This document shows positions 1 to 13,330 of a stretch of DNA of 64,000 bases, one piece after another (position 1 is the first letter of the stretch; every line of letters starts with the position of its first letter). Under the pieces are notes generated by a model that saw nothing but the letters and a program-made list of their open reading frames with translations, was not told the DNA's origin and searched no databases. Source of the DNA: Lama guanicoe (lineage: Eukaryota); NCBI GenBank assembly GCA_013239625.1, contig MU054049.1, positions 943,015 through 1,007,014 on the forward strand, given 5' to 3'. The position numbers and the translations under genes are program-made.

Positions 1-1040
1 TTTACATTCCTAGATATACTGTTTGGTTCTTTTCCAAATAAACTTGATGATTTTACAGCTCTTTTCCTTGCTCATGTTTCTCTCTCTCCTGTTTCTTCAA
101 ACGTATGAAACATAATTCTTTTCTCTGTATCTTTTGAGAGTCTGATTCTATAGTATGTTGTATCTGTGGATGTCTGAAGGTTCCTTGTTTCTCCCTGTGG
201 TTTATGATTTTTGATTGTGATTCTTGCTCCAAGACTTCCCTTTTCAGCCTTTCCTTATTCTGGATATCCTGCCTTTCTGCAGACACAGGAATGCCTCAGT
301 GAGTCTGCAGCTGCCCTTTGTAGCCAGGCCTTGGCCAGATTCCAGGCCCTTCTCTTCTTGCTTTGCCTTGGGGGAATTGTCTTTCTAAGGTTCCCTGATC
401 TGTCTGTTCCAGGGGCGCGGGGGTCTCTGAAGAGGTCTCCGCTGTGGCCACCTGGACAGCATGCAGAGTAACTTGGGATCGCAGTGTTGAGTCTTCCTCC
501 ACTTAGAGGGCAGGGAGGTGTTTGTCAGCTTCAGAAGACATTCAGCAAGTGGCATTAGGTGATGAAAAGCAATAGTCATTTGTTGAATATCTCTGTGGGC
601 TGAGCACTAATAACTTATTTTCGTTTAGTTCCCTTTCAAATTCTAGAATTTAACCAGTAAAGAAATGGAGGCTGATACGGGATACACACGGCTGAAGGTT
701 ACACATTTAGTAAGTCACAGAGCAAGACTTTGAACCCAAGTCAACATCCAAACCCTCTGTGTGTGTGGTATTTGTCCTGCTTGTTCTGGATACTCCCTCA
801 ATAACGGTGATGCTTTGCTGAATGTTCTGACACAATAATCTGCAGTTTAAGGTTTTGTCTCTAACCCGTAGGTGGTGTCAGCCCTGATCCTTTACAGATA
901 ACTCCTGTGTCAGATGTCATCCTGGTTTCATAATGAGCAATTTTTTTCATGCACAAGAGTCAGATTTCATAAACAGAACGATTTGTTTTTCCTCGTTAGA
1001 AGAAATACATCACCCTTGACCTTCTCTAATGGTTAGGAAG

Positions 1041-1054
1041 GAGGAAGTGAAACT
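1041..1054 (+). promoter_or_regulatory. Ets-IRF composite element (EICE) motif GAGGAAGTGAAACT
   Basis: Exact match to the PU.1:IRF4/8 consensus GGAAnnGAAA with favoured flanks, in apparently non-repeat intron. Function untested. Confidence 0.5.
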
Positions 1055-1610
1055 CCAGCCCCTCCTGAGAGAGTCTGTGGGGTAAAGGGCAGGCAGTGGG
1101 CTGGAGATGGGGGACTGGGTGCTCATCCGTGCCCAGCACTGTCACTTGGCATCCCTCTGGGCAAGCGACTTGGCTCAGCCCTGTCTATACAAAGTGGGCC
1201 CTGGTCTCAGACCCGTGAGCTATACGTCTTAGTGGCCACGTTCCCTGGGCCTGTTACTTTATCTCACTGAACTCTGATTTCCTGATTCAGATGCAGGGAT
1301 AATGTTAGTGTCCACTCTGGGGGCTGCTGTGAGGTGAGGACTGGCGAGGATAATGGTGTTAGTCACAGTGATCACAGCTGCGGTTTCCTGCACACTCTTG
1401 TGCAGGATGTGGTGCTCTGCTTGTTGCAAGCGTTAATTAATCTGTATAACAACTACAATTTGAGTAACATTTTTCATGAAATAGACGTTATATATTATAT
1501 AAACCCCAAAATATGTATGTGACTTCCAAAATACAGAATATATAATCTCCATGAAACATAAACACACACCACCCATCTCACAGCACACATGGTACGCACA
1601 CATACTACAC

Positions 1611-1617
<7 letters not shown>

Positions 1618-1652
<35 letters not shown>
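1618..1652. repeat. (CA)n microsatellite
   Basis: About 17 uninterrupted CA units. Confidence 0.95.
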
Positions 1653-1655
<3 letters not shown>

Positions 1656-1784
1656 AGGTGCTCAGTAAGTGTCAGCTGCAGTTATGATTACTCATATGCT
1701 AACTTTCTTTGGTATTTACCAGATTCTGTTACCTGGGTTGGATGACATCCTTCTAGGCCAGCCAGCCCACATAGGCTACCTACC

Positions 1785-1920
1785 TGCATCAGAATTAGTT
1801 GCAGAAGTGCTAAAAAACAGTCTCATAAACCAGATTTCCTGAATCTGGAGTTTAGGGATCTGTTTTTTGAAAAACTCCTCTCGCTATTTTTAAGCGCATT
1901 AAAATCTGAGAACTTCTGCC
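1785..1920. mobile_element. MER5-like hAT-Charlie fossil
   Basis: cctgcatcagaatta...gatctgtttt...tctgagaacttctg resembles MER5A ends. Confidence 0.55.
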
Positions 1921-1964
1921 CCAGGTGCTAGGCATTTTTTCCTTTAAAAATTTTAAAAAACTTT

Positions 1965-4900
1965 CCGTTTTTTTAATTGAGGTGAAATTCACAGAGCATA
2001 AAAATTAACCATTATAAAGCGAACAGCTCAGTGGTGTTTAGTACACTCAGTGTTGTGCAACCACCACCTCTGTCTGGTTCCAGCATATTTTCATGACTCC
2101 GCAAGGAAAACCCACACATACTCCCATTCCTTCAGCCAGCCTCCGTGCAGCCGCCAGTCTGCTTTCTACCTCTATCGATTTACCTAATCTGGATATTTCA
2201 TAGAAATGGAGTCATACAATAGGTAGTGTTTATGTCTGGCTTCTTTCACTTAGCATAATGTTTTTTTCGAGGTTCATCCACATTGTAACATCTATCAGTT
2301 ACTTCACTCCTTTTTATGGGTGAATGGTACCCCATTGTATGCATATACCATGATTTATTTATCCATTCATCCCTTTTTGGACATTTGAGTTGCCTCCACC
2401 TTTTTGCTATTGTAAACAGTGCTGCTATGAACATATGTGTACATGTAATTATTTGAGTAGCTTTTAGCTCTTTGCGTAAATATCCAAGAGTAGAATTGCT
2501 GGGTCAAATGGTAATTCTGTGCTTAACTTTCCGAAGAACCACAAGACTGTTTTTCACTGCAGCTAAAACATTGTTATACTCCCACCAGCAATGTATAAGG
2601 GTTCTAATTTCTCCAGATGCTTGCCAACACTTGTTATTTTCCAATAAAAAATACATATCTAGCCATCCTAGTAGCTGTAAAGGGATGTCTCGTTGCGATT
2701 TTGATCTGCATTCCTCTAATGGCTACTGATGTTGAATATCTTCTTATATTTGCTGGCCATTTGTGTATCTTCTTTGGAGAAAAATCTATTAAGTCTTTTG
2801 CCTATTTTTAAATTGGGTTGTTTTACTTTTTGTTGTTAAGTTGTACAAGTTCTTTATATATTGTGGTTGTTACACCCTTCTTAGATACATGATTTGCAAA
2901 TATTTTCTCCCATTCCATAGGCTGTTCATTTACATTCTCTTTTTAAAATTAAGGTATAATTGACATGTATTACATTAATTTCAAGTGTACAACACAGATT
3001 CAGTGTATGTATACATTGCTTTGCTTCCATATCTTGGCAATTGTAAATAATGCTGCTATGAATATTGGGGTGCATGTTTCTTTTTAAATTAGTGTTTCTG
3101 TTTTTCTTTCTTCTTTTCTTTTCTTTTTTGGGTATATACCCAGGAATAGAATTTCTGTGTTGTACGGTAGCTCTGCTTTTAGTTTTTTTTGAGAAACCTC
3201 CATACTGTTTTCCATAGTGAATGCATCAATTTACATTTCCCCCAACAGGCAACATCATTTTTTAATGAGACTATCCTTCTCCATTGTATATTTTTGGTTC
3301 CTTTGTTGTTAATTAATTGACTATATATGCATGGGTTTATTTGTTGGCTCCCTATTCTATTTCATTAATCTTTGTGTAATCAAAACAAAACCATACTGTT
3401 TTGATTACTATAGCTTTGTATATAGTTTGAAATGAGGGAGCATGCTGCCTCCAGCTTTGTTTTTCTTTCTTAAGATTGTTTTGGCTATTTGGGACCTTTT
3501 GTGGTTCCATACAAATTTTAAGATTGTTCAATTTCTGTGAAAAATGCCATTGGAAGTTCGATGGGGATTGCACTGAATCTATTGATTGTTTTGGGTACTA
3601 TGGACGTTTTAACAACATTAATTATTCCAGCTATGAGCATGGAATATCTTTTCATTCATTTGTAGTCTTCAATTTTTCATTAATGTCTTATAGTTTTCAA
3701 TGTGTAGGTCTTTCACCTCCTTGGTTAAATTTATTCCCAAATATTTTATTATTTTTGATGCAATTTTCTTAATTTTTCTTTCTGATAGTTCATTATTAGT
3801 GTATAGAAGCCAACAGATTATTTTTCATATTGACTTTGTATTCTGCAACTTTAACTGAATTTGTTTATTGGTTCTAACCAATAAACAAATGTGTTTTGGT
3901 GGAGTTTTTAGGGTTTCCTGTAAAATATCATGTCATATGCAAATAGTGAAAGTTCTACTTCTTCCTTTTCAATTCAGATGCCTCTTATTTCTTCTTCTTG
4001 CCTCATTGCTCTGGGCTGGGGCTTCCAATACTAAGTTGAATAAAAGTGGTTAGGGTAGGCATCCTTGTCTTGTTCGTGATTTTAGCTGTGGGCTTGTCAT
4101 ATGTGGTCTTTATTATGTTGAGGCGTGTTCCCTCTATAGCCATTTTGTTGAGAATTTTCATCTAAAAGAGTGCTGCATTTTGTCAGCTTTTTCTGCATCT
4201 ATTAAGATAGTATTATTCTTATCCTTCGTTTTGTTAGTGTGGTATATCACATTGATTAATTTGCAGAGGTTGAACCATCTTTACATGATCACTTGATCAT
4301 GGGGTCTGATCCTTTTAATGTATTGTTGGTTTCAGTTTGCTAATACTGTGTTGAGGATTTTTATGTCTATGTTCATCAGGGATGTTGGCCTGTAATTTTC
4401 TTCTTTTGTGCTGTCCTTGTCTGGTTTTGGTATCAGGGCAATGCTAGCCTTGTATTTCACATTCTTAATAATGTCCTTTGATGCAGAAGAGTTTTTAATT
4501 TTGATAAAGTCCATTTAATCAATTTTTTCTTTTGTTGCTCATGCTCTTGCTGTCATACGTGAGGACCTGTTGTCAAATCCAAGGTCATGAAGATTTACCT
4601 TGATTTTTTTTAATTAAATTTTTATAGTTTTAGCTTTCATGTTTAGGTTGTCAATCCATTATATTGTGTGAGGTCAGGGTTCAGCTTCATTCTTTTGCAT
4701 ATGGCTATCCACTTTTGTAAGCACCATTTGTTGAAGAGCTCATTTTTCAGTGAACAGCCTTAGCATCCTTGCTGAAAATCAAATTGGTCATAGATGTGTG
4801 AGTTTGTTTGGACTCTCAATTCTATTCCATGGGTCTATATGTCTAATCTAATGCTACTGCTACACTATTTTGGTTACTGTAGCATTGTACTCAGTTTTGA

Positions 4901-5410
4901 ACTTGGGAATTGTGAGTTGTCCAAATTTATCCTTCTTTTGAGATATTGTTTTGGCTATTTAGCGTCCTTTGCAGTTCAATGTAGGGGAATCTTGCGTGTG
5001 CAATTCCATGTGAACTTGAGGATTAGCTTTCATCACTGAGTGTGTTGGTTGTGGGCTTTTCATAAATGTCCTTGATCATGTTGAGGAAGTTGCTGTTTGT
5101 TCCTAATTTTCTGAGTGTTTTTATTATGAAAGGATATTGGATATTGTCAATTTTTTTTTCTGCATCAGTTGAGGTGATCTTTTTTGCCTTTGTCAGTTGA
5201 TATGGTATATTACATTGATTGGTTTTCTTATGTTGAACCACTCACATTCCTGGGATAAATTCCACTGAATCATGGCATATAATCCCTTAATTATGCTGTT
5301 AGATTTGGTTTGCTGATGTTTTGTTGAGGATTTTTGCATGCATATTCATAAGGGATATTGGTCTGTAGTTTTTTCTTTGTGTGGCTTTGTATCAGGGTAA
5401 TGATACGGGC
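1965..5410 (-). mobile_element. Composite L1: older L1 3' end/ORF2 with a younger L1 nested at about 2940-4453
   Basis: Minus-strand ORF2 remnants (MFIAALFTIAKRW; IALIPKPDKD...ENYRPTSLMNIDIKILN; IQYPFIIKTL). T-rich tails near 1965 and 2940. Confidence 0.9.
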
Positions 5411-5890
5411 TTTCTTACTGTTCCCTGAACATGCCATCTGTGCTTCCACCCTGGGATCTTTTGCACAGACTATTCCCTTTGCTTGAAATGCTTTTCCCCT
5501 GAATATCTGCATCCCCTCTTTCAAGTCCACCCAAATGTTACCTTCTCAAAGAAGCTTTCCCTGCCACCCAAATTAAAATTGTGAATTACTTCTCTCCTAA
5601 ACCCTAGCACTCTTGATTCTCTGCTCTAATTTTTTCTTATAATAGCACTTAAGATCTTTTTTCATAATATATAATTTCCTTATTCATTATTATATTAAAA
5701 TATTATAATAATATAGTACATTATATGATGATAATAAGTTTTATAATTTATAATTTACCTATTTATTATGTTTGTCTTTATTGTCTATACCCCTCTTCTC
5801 ACATCCCAGGTACGGGTTTTTAGATGTGTCCAGAGTTCCTGGAAAATATTTAGGTCAATAAATCTGTTCAGTTGAATTGGATAAATTAAC
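5410..5890 (+). mobile_element. L2 3' fragment with AT-rich low-complexity insert
   Basis: ttcactttgcacagactattcccttt-like body and ggtcaataaatctgttcagttgaat 3' end. Confidence 0.6.
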
Positions 5891-6049
5891 ACAAATGTTA
5901 GAAGCACACCTGGCACCGTAGCCATTGTGAGGGCCGGTGGTGCCAAGAAAAATATCACCATGGGTTGTGAAAGCAATGCCAGGGACAGGATGTTTGAAAA
6001 TCAAGTGTTTGTAATTTAGGATTAGTCTTGTGGGGTTTTTTTCCTTTAT

Positions 6050-9000
6050 TTTTCTTTTTATTGTTATTTTTCCAATTTACATACAATAAGAGTCCCTTTC
6101 TTGGTATGTATAGAGTTCTGTGGGTTTTAATTCATGTGTAGAGTCATGTGACCACCACCATAATCAGGATACAGAACAAACAGTCCCATTTCCTTAAATT
6201 CCTGAATGTTGTCCCTTCTTAGTGAAACCTTGTTTCTACCCCCAACCTCTGGCAACCACTGATCTATTTCTATAGTTTTGTCTTTTACAGAACACTGTAT
6301 AAATGCAAGTATACTGTGTGTTATCTTTTGAGGCTAGCTTTTCAAACTCAGCATAAGGCCTTTGAGATCAACCCAATTTGTTATATCAGTAGTTCATACA
6401 TTTTTATTACTGAGTAGCATTCCTGGTCTATTGTGAAGTGCCTACACATTTTGGATGGTATGCATCCTTTAATCATTATGCAACATAACCTGTTTATTCC
6501 TGGTAATTTTCCTTGCCCAGAAGTCCACTTCCTCTAAGACTGACAGCACCACACCAGCTTTCTTTTGATTAGTGTTAGCATCATATATTTTTTGCCACCC
6601 TCTTATTTTAGCTTATCTATATCATTGTATTTCTTACAGATAGCGTATATAGTTTGGTCTTTTTCTCCATTCTGACAATAGCGTCTATTGTATATAGATC
6701 ATTTATACTTAATGTAATTTTTGATGTGTTTGGCTTCAGGTCTACTATTTTATTATTTGTTCCCTCTTTTTTTATTCCTCTGTTTCTCTTTTCCTACCTT
6801 TTTGTGGATTACCTGACTATATTTTAGTTTTCCATTTGAGTTTATCTATTGAATGTCTCTGTTCGTCTAGTCTTTTTAGTGCTTGCTCTAAGGATTACAA
6901 TATACTTACTTAACTTTTAAGAGTCCACTTAGAATTAATATTTTCCTACTTTAAATGGAATATATAAACCTTACCTCTCTGTGGGTCCTCTTATCCTTCT
7001 TTATTTTTGTTGTGGTTGTTGTATGTGTTATATCTCATGTGATTTTGCTTTCAGCCATTGTACAGATTTTAAGAACTTAAGAGAAAAAATTCTCTATGAT
7101 ATTTATCCAAATATTTACTATTTCTGTTGCTCCTTTTTCATTCTTGAAATATCAAGTCTCCTTCTGTTATTATTTCCCTCTCATCTGAAGACCTTCTTTT
7201 AGGACTGTTTTTAGAAAAAAATCTGATGGCAGGAAGTTCTCTCTGTTTTCCTTTATCTGGGAATATATTTATTCTGCCTTTATTTCTGAAGAATATTTTT
7301 GCTGCATAGGAAGTTCTGTGCCTTTTTTCTCAGTACTTTAGAAATGTTGTTCCTCTGCCTTCTGATTTCTCATGAGAAAATCCACAGTCATTTAAAATGT
7401 TGTTTCTATATGTGTAATATGTTGTTTTCCTTTGGCTGTTTTTAAGATTTTTTCATGGTCTTTAGGGTTTAACAGTTAATTATTATGTACCTGTGCATAG
7501 ATTTCCTTGTCAATTTTGGTGTTTTGCTAAGCGTCTTGAATCTTTAAGGTTATGTTTTTCACCAAATTTGAAGAAATAATGTTAAAAATTTCTGAATATA
7601 TATATATTTTCTTTTTACGCCACACTCTTTCTCCTCTCCTGGAACTCCAGGGACAGAAATGCTGGATCCTTTGGTATTATGACACATGACCTTGAAGCTT
7701 CGTTATTTAAAAAAAAATTTTACTTCTTATTGTTCAGACTGGGCAGTTTCTATTGATCTATCTTCAAGTGGAACCCTTTCTCTCTCATCTCATTGTTTTG
7801 TTCTCATTCAGTGAGATTTTTAAATTTGTTACTGTATTTTTCACTTCTTAATATTCTTTTTGATTCTTTCTCATTGCTTCCATTTCTGTACCAAGGCTTC
7901 CTGGTTGTTTGCACACTTCAAAAGTATTCGCCTTTATATCTTGGAGTTTGGTTAATAATAGCTGCTTTCGTTCTCAGCCGGTAACTCCAGCATCTGCGTC
8001 ATCTCAGACGTGACATCTGTTGATGATCTTTTTCCACGTGAGATACTGAGATTTCCCAGATTTGTTCTATGCTAAGTAATTTCATATTGTATCCTGGACA
8101 TTTTGAATATTATACTCCAGCTCTTGCGTCTTCTGGAGAAAGTTGATTATTTTGTTTCAGGCAGGCGATCAGCCCAGTTAGGTTCAGGTCACAAGTTCTT
8201 ACCCACCTAACTTGGACCGTATTTCCAGTGTCAGTTCAGTTTTCAAAGACTTCGCACAGCGAGTTGATCTACCCACAACCGCCTCAGGCAGGAGCCAGTC
8301 TGGGATAGTGGTTTACCCCTGAGCTTAGTTTTCAAAGCCTTTATTTAGAATGTGGTTTTGGGTCAGATCTACACATACACAGGTCAGAATTGAGCCCAGA
8401 GGGTGATACACAACTTAACGATCTCACTTTCTTAGACCTCTTGCTCTCCGTTGTCTCCCCAATACTTTCTGGCTCCCTAGGTCCCCTTCCTTTTCCTCTG
8501 TCTAGAAAGCTGGGGGTTTAGTTTTCTTGCTCTGCCATGCACTTCCTACCATAGCATCTGTCTCTGCGGCCAAGCAGGGAGAGGAAAAAGAGAGACCAAA
8601 GCACTGGGGATTTCACCTACTCTCCTGGGACCAGAGTTCCTCTAGTCAGAGAGAGAAACTGACCTCTCTTCCCTAAGAGTTTCAGGTGCCTGCCTGGCTG
8701 CTGCTGCTGCTGTGGAGTCTTCTGGAGGTGGGGGTGGAAGAGAGTAGAGAAACTCAACGCAGACAATGCCGGGGATCCTCCTCCGTGGTCTGTGACCTGT
8801 AGGAGCCTCCTTTCCTGCTCCTCACACCAGGGGCGGAGCCTTTTCTTGGAGCTCTGTCTGTCCTGTCCACACATGGGGCACAGCTCTCGCTCCCTGTCCA
8901 CCCGCACCAGGGGGAAGCTGGAGGGGGAGGCCCCGGGAAACTCGTTGCCAGCTGCGTGGTGCTTTGGGTTTGCTTTCCTTCTCTGCCACCATTTGCTCTT

Positions 9001-9070
9001 CGGAGCCCTCAGAGAGCTGCTCATGTGTTCTATCTGGGTTTTCAGTTTCATTCAGTGGCGAGGACAGAGT
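6050..9070 (-). mobile_element. Ancient L1 (L1M-type) fragments
   Basis: T-rich antisense L1 3' UTR at 6050-6420, then degenerate ORF2/ORF1/5' region. Confidence 0.7.
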
Positions 9071-9103
9071 AGGGTCACCATCTTGAAGGGATCCAGAAGT
9101 CTT

Positions 9104-9130
9104 TGTGTGTGTGTGTGTGTGTGTGTGTGT
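9104..9130. repeat. (TG)n microsatellite
   Basis: About 13 TG units. Confidence 0.95.
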
Positions 9131-9472
9131 TTAACATAAAATGAGAGCATCTCCATCTCCCACATATCTGGAGAGAAGGGAGAGGCCGAGGGAACTAACT
9201 TCCACTGGGCATTGACCCTGTGCCATGCAGTGTGCCTTGGCGCACGTGGCGTTATTCTGTGACTCTAGGTGGGAAGTATGGCACTGTTAGCTCTGTTGTA
9301 CAGTTGGGGGAAGGTAGGCTCAGATTAATTAGTTCAAGGTCAGGTAGATAATAAGTGGTACACTAGGATGTGTATCCTAGCTTGTCTTACAAAGAGCCGG
9401 CAAGTTCTGTGGAAAGCGGAAGAGACTGGAAGGCTCAAATCTGAAGTCCTGCTTCCCTTCCCCTCTCTGCAG

Positions 9473-9566
9473 GGTGGATGACGGCGACGCAGTGATCATG
9501 CACCCCGGGGTCCTGTGCATCATGGTCAGCCTGCTGCCGCGATTGTACCATGAAGATCACCCTCAG
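9473..9566 (+). CDS. WDFY4: WDFY4 internal coding exon 1 of 19 in window ((R)VDDGDAVIMHPGVLCIMVSLLPRLYHEDHPQ)
   Basis: Acceptor ccctctctgcag, donor CAG|gtgact. 94 nt, phase 2->0. Peptide matches recalled human WDFY4 (MDEGDAAIMHPGVVCIMVRLLPRLYHEDHPQ). Confidence 0.95.
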
Positions 9567-9894
9567 GTGACTATCGATGAACCCATGAGCTTGCCTTTTC
9601 CACATGATTTATCTTTTAAGCTTTTCTGCCCAGAGACTCCTTTTCCCATTTTGCCTTTGCCTCCAGTCCCCTGTATTAGCAGAGCCTCCCTCATGAAGCG
9701 CCTCCTGTCAGTGGGTCTGAGACCCTTGACTGAGTTCTGCCCACCCTTCCGTGGCCACTCAAAGCAGATCGCTTCTTTTGGTGAAGTGACCTTCTGAAGA
9801 CAACAGTCAAACAAAAACCCAATGAAATGATTTCTCTTCGTGAGGCAGATCCCGAGTGCTACGTACAGTGCTGGGCATTGGTGGGTCCCCCCTT

Positions 9895-10530
9895 TATTCA
9901 TCCATCCCTTGGATACTGGCTATGAGCCTGGCTGGTGCTCTGTGTAGCACGTGCAGAGCTAACCTGATGAGCACTGTCCAAGGAGCCTGCATCTGTGGTG
10001 GGGACTGGGAGGTGGTGATAGGGCAGACAGACTAAATAAATAAGCTCATAGATGAATATACAATCACAAATTGTGACAAGTGATATTAAGGGGGAAAAAC
10101 AGGATGCTGAGAGAATAATGGGAATGGAAGTTGGGGGAGACCCAGTTAAATCTAATTTAGATAAAAGGGTGGAGGTCAGGGACGCCATCTCTTAGATGGT
10201 GACACTGAAGCAGAGCCCTGAGAGGTGAGTAGCAGTTAAGGGGGTGGGAAGGAGCCTCCTGCAGGCTGCTGAGGGGGAGGAGCAAAGGGGGAGAGTGGGA
10301 AGGGGGCAGGTGGAGGAGGGCTGGGGTCCTGCCAGGGTGCGGGCTTTTATCACAAGGGCAACACGAAGCCTCACTCAAGTAAGTGGAGGAGGACACGATC
10401 AGGTTTTTGTATGAAAATTTCTCGGGCTGTGTCGTGGAGGGTGGCCTAGGAATGGGGCTGTGTGGAAGGGAAAGGGGACAGCAGTTAGGAAGCCCCGTCC
10501 ACAGTCCAGGTGACACACAGTGAGAGCTTG
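9895..10530 (-). mobile_element. L2 fragment
   Basis: Starts ttattcatccatcc (reverse of L2 tail); typical gtcagggacgccatctct...gtgacactgaagcagagccctga body. Confidence 0.7.
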
Positions 10531-12604
10531 CTTAGCATAGCATCTTGAAGAGAAAGGAGTCAAGAGACCTATTCGTATATAGAGTCACAGGCCTGGAGAT
10601 GAACGGGGTACAGGGAAGAGGGAGGAGACACGGGCAACTCTCAGTTCCATTCCGGCAGCACTGTTGGCTCCACCGTAGCGAGGCACAAGCTTGTACAAGG
10701 AGTGGGAGCATCGAGTGGCAGAACGAGGTGGATTCTGAGCGAGTGCTCTCAGTTTGCAAATGTGTTCTTCAGAGGTTCTGAGAAAGAAGCTGGGAGAGTT
10801 GAGGAAGCCCTGGGAAATGTACACTTGAATCAGCAGCAGGTGAAAAGAAATTACTTGACCTGAGCATCTGCCATGTTCCAGGCATGGTGCCAGACCCTTT
10901 CACTGATTATTTGCCCCCATAGATGCTTGGTCAGGAGTATCATTGTTCCATTTTAGCCATTGGGAAAGAGAGTCTCAGACGATTGACACGCCTTTAAGGA
11001 TTCTGAGTTGGTGGACCTGGTATTAAATGTGGTCCTACCTGGTGGCAGATCTGGTCTTTCTCTTGCACAGCGCTGGCTTCTATAGTAGAATGGGGGTTCA
11101 CGGGGGTGCGGGTCCAGCTTGTCTTTGTCCAGGAGTTAAGAAGGAGGTGATAAGTTTTAAGAAGAGATGATAACTACAGTTGAGCCTTGACCAACATGGG
11201 GGCAGATTGCAGGGTCACACATCTTGGCATTGCACAGTTTTCCAGGTGCAATCACCTGATTGTGAAGATGTCTGGCTTCCTTGGCTGTATTTTGTACCAT
11301 GCAATGTACTTGCAATGAAAACAATCAAGCCAGTGGCTTGGACGGTCTTAGCAGCCACACGGTTGGCTGATGGACACGTTGTACAAAACTCTACAGTGAG
11401 GATGACTGCTGAATGTCTGCTGGTGCATCAAGACTGTGGATGAGCCGCGGTTCAGATCACCTCTGCGAGTTGTCACGTTAGTGTGTGGGGAAGACTTTCC
11501 CTCATCCTGCGATGGTAATTGGATAGGTGAAGCACGCAGAGACTTCCACTTGGTGGGATACTGTTCCTCTATTCAGGTCACCGTACGTAATTTAGGATAA
11601 GTCTATTTCTCACACGCTGTCTGTCAAATACCAAATGAAATGTAGCAGGGCATTTTCTCAGGTATTTTCTGCAGACAGCAAATCAGCAGCTATTAAAAGT
11701 TGGATAATTACAGTAATTAATTTCTGAAAGGGGGAGTGGGAACGCTCATAACAACAAATAGAATAGTAAATCAAATGAGAAATGAGACCCACACACAAAA
11801 AAATGCTGAAACGAAGCTGACTGCAGGACTGCAGATTTTGATGCAGAGAAAGAAGTCTCAGTAGGTGGCAGTGTTATTAAAAAGATGGGCTGTGAGTTCG
11901 CGCCCACCTGCCTTTGGGTGAGCCGGAAGCTTCCCAGCATCTCTGTACTCTTACCACTTTACATTCCTCAGACGCTCTTCCTACCTTATGGAAGAGAAAC
12001 TCATGGCTTTCCAAGGTTCAGATATCATTCTAGAAACAATGACTTAGCTACATAAATGGGTTGTCAAGGTTTATTTCTCATTGAGGCCCCATTAAATTTA
12101 TTCTGTTCACAACCAAGAGGTTTTTTTTTTTTCCCCTCTCCAAAATGCTAACAATGTGAACTGCTCTTGGAAACAGATAATCCAACTGATTTTTTTTTTT
12201 TGGCTCTGTGTCATCGTCAGTATTAAAATTGGACTGTAGGAATTTTGTTGTGAACATTGCCGTCCTAAGTGCAAGGCGGAAGTGGAGTTCAGCTTGGTTC
12301 TCTTGGAGCTGAGTTGGCCTGAGGAAGAAATTACTATTTGGAAAGAAAGACCTTTTCTCTTTCCAGCATGCTTAGCAGCCACGAGGGTCTTGCCGTCGGG
12401 ACGTGGCTCCAGGCTAGAACTCTGATCAGTACTGGAGGGCTTTCCTGTCCCAGACATCACTGCACATCCACCAGGGATGTGGTTTTTATTCAGGTCTTAG
12501 TGGAGGGTTATTTGCTTGTGTGCATAACAATGGGAACTCATGGGGTGGGAAACCAGGTCCAGTTTATTAGTCGTGGAACTCAGCGCATGTTGGAGCAATC
12601 AACG

Positions 12605-13030
12605 TGATACATTCACTTCCATGAATACTCAACAGCTACTAGGTGCCACTGAGGACTCAGAGGCGAATGTCACAGGAACACAGTCTGAGTTTGAGGATGG
12701 GTAGGCAGAAGAGTGGAGAAGATAGCTGAACAACATTTTAACTGTAACAAAAGTTTGCCACACAGAGGTGGGGACACTGGAGCTAGACTTTTACAGAAAA
12801 GACATGTCTGCACTGGATCAGGGGGAGGAGGGAGGGACGAGGCACTCAGACACAGAGAGAGGCTCACATGAAGATGCCCATTTGGGGACTTTGAATCTTT
12901 CAGCTGGGCTGAGGTGGACCATGTTGGTAGAAAGGCAGTGAGTAGGGCAGGAAAGGTTGCTCTAAGTTCAGCTCTCTTAGGATGGTATTCACGGTACATA
13001 GTGAAGGGCCTTGAATTCCATCCTAAGAGA
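12605..13030 (-). mobile_element. L2 fragment
   Basis: cattcacttccatgaatactcaacagctactaggtgcc start; ccttgaattccatcctaag end. Confidence 0.6.
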
Positions 13031-13119
13031 ACTGAACTTTATAGAGTTGCCTCCATTGTCGTTGTCATCACCATCATCACCGTTACCACTATGTTTAGGG
13101 AGCACCCACTACATGAGGG

Positions 13120-13330
13120 CAGAGTTCAGGCTCTGAAGACAGCAGACTTTGGTCAGATCTCAGCTCTGCCCCTTAACAGTCATAGAACCTTGGGAAATTA
13201 TCTAACCTTAGCCTCTGAGATCCTACCTGTCTTTGCTATACTATGGGGAGTGTAATGTCATCTTCCCCGTGGCATTACTGTGAGGGTCCAGTGAAGCAAG
13301 GCAGGAGCGCTTAGCAGGGCGACCAGCACA
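13120..13330 (+). mobile_element. MIR
   Basis: caggctctgaagacagcagac...cagctctgcccctt...ccttgggaaattatctaacctt core. Confidence 0.7.

Noticed and set aside
2246..5530. Minus-strand ORFs resembling reverse transcriptase/endonuclease
   Set aside because: These are short, frame-broken L1 ORF2 remnants, not an intact element or gene. The same applies to 32198-32882.
11177..11222. Tigger2-like terminal sequence after a TA
   Set aside because: Too short and diverged, and I found no matching opposite terminus.
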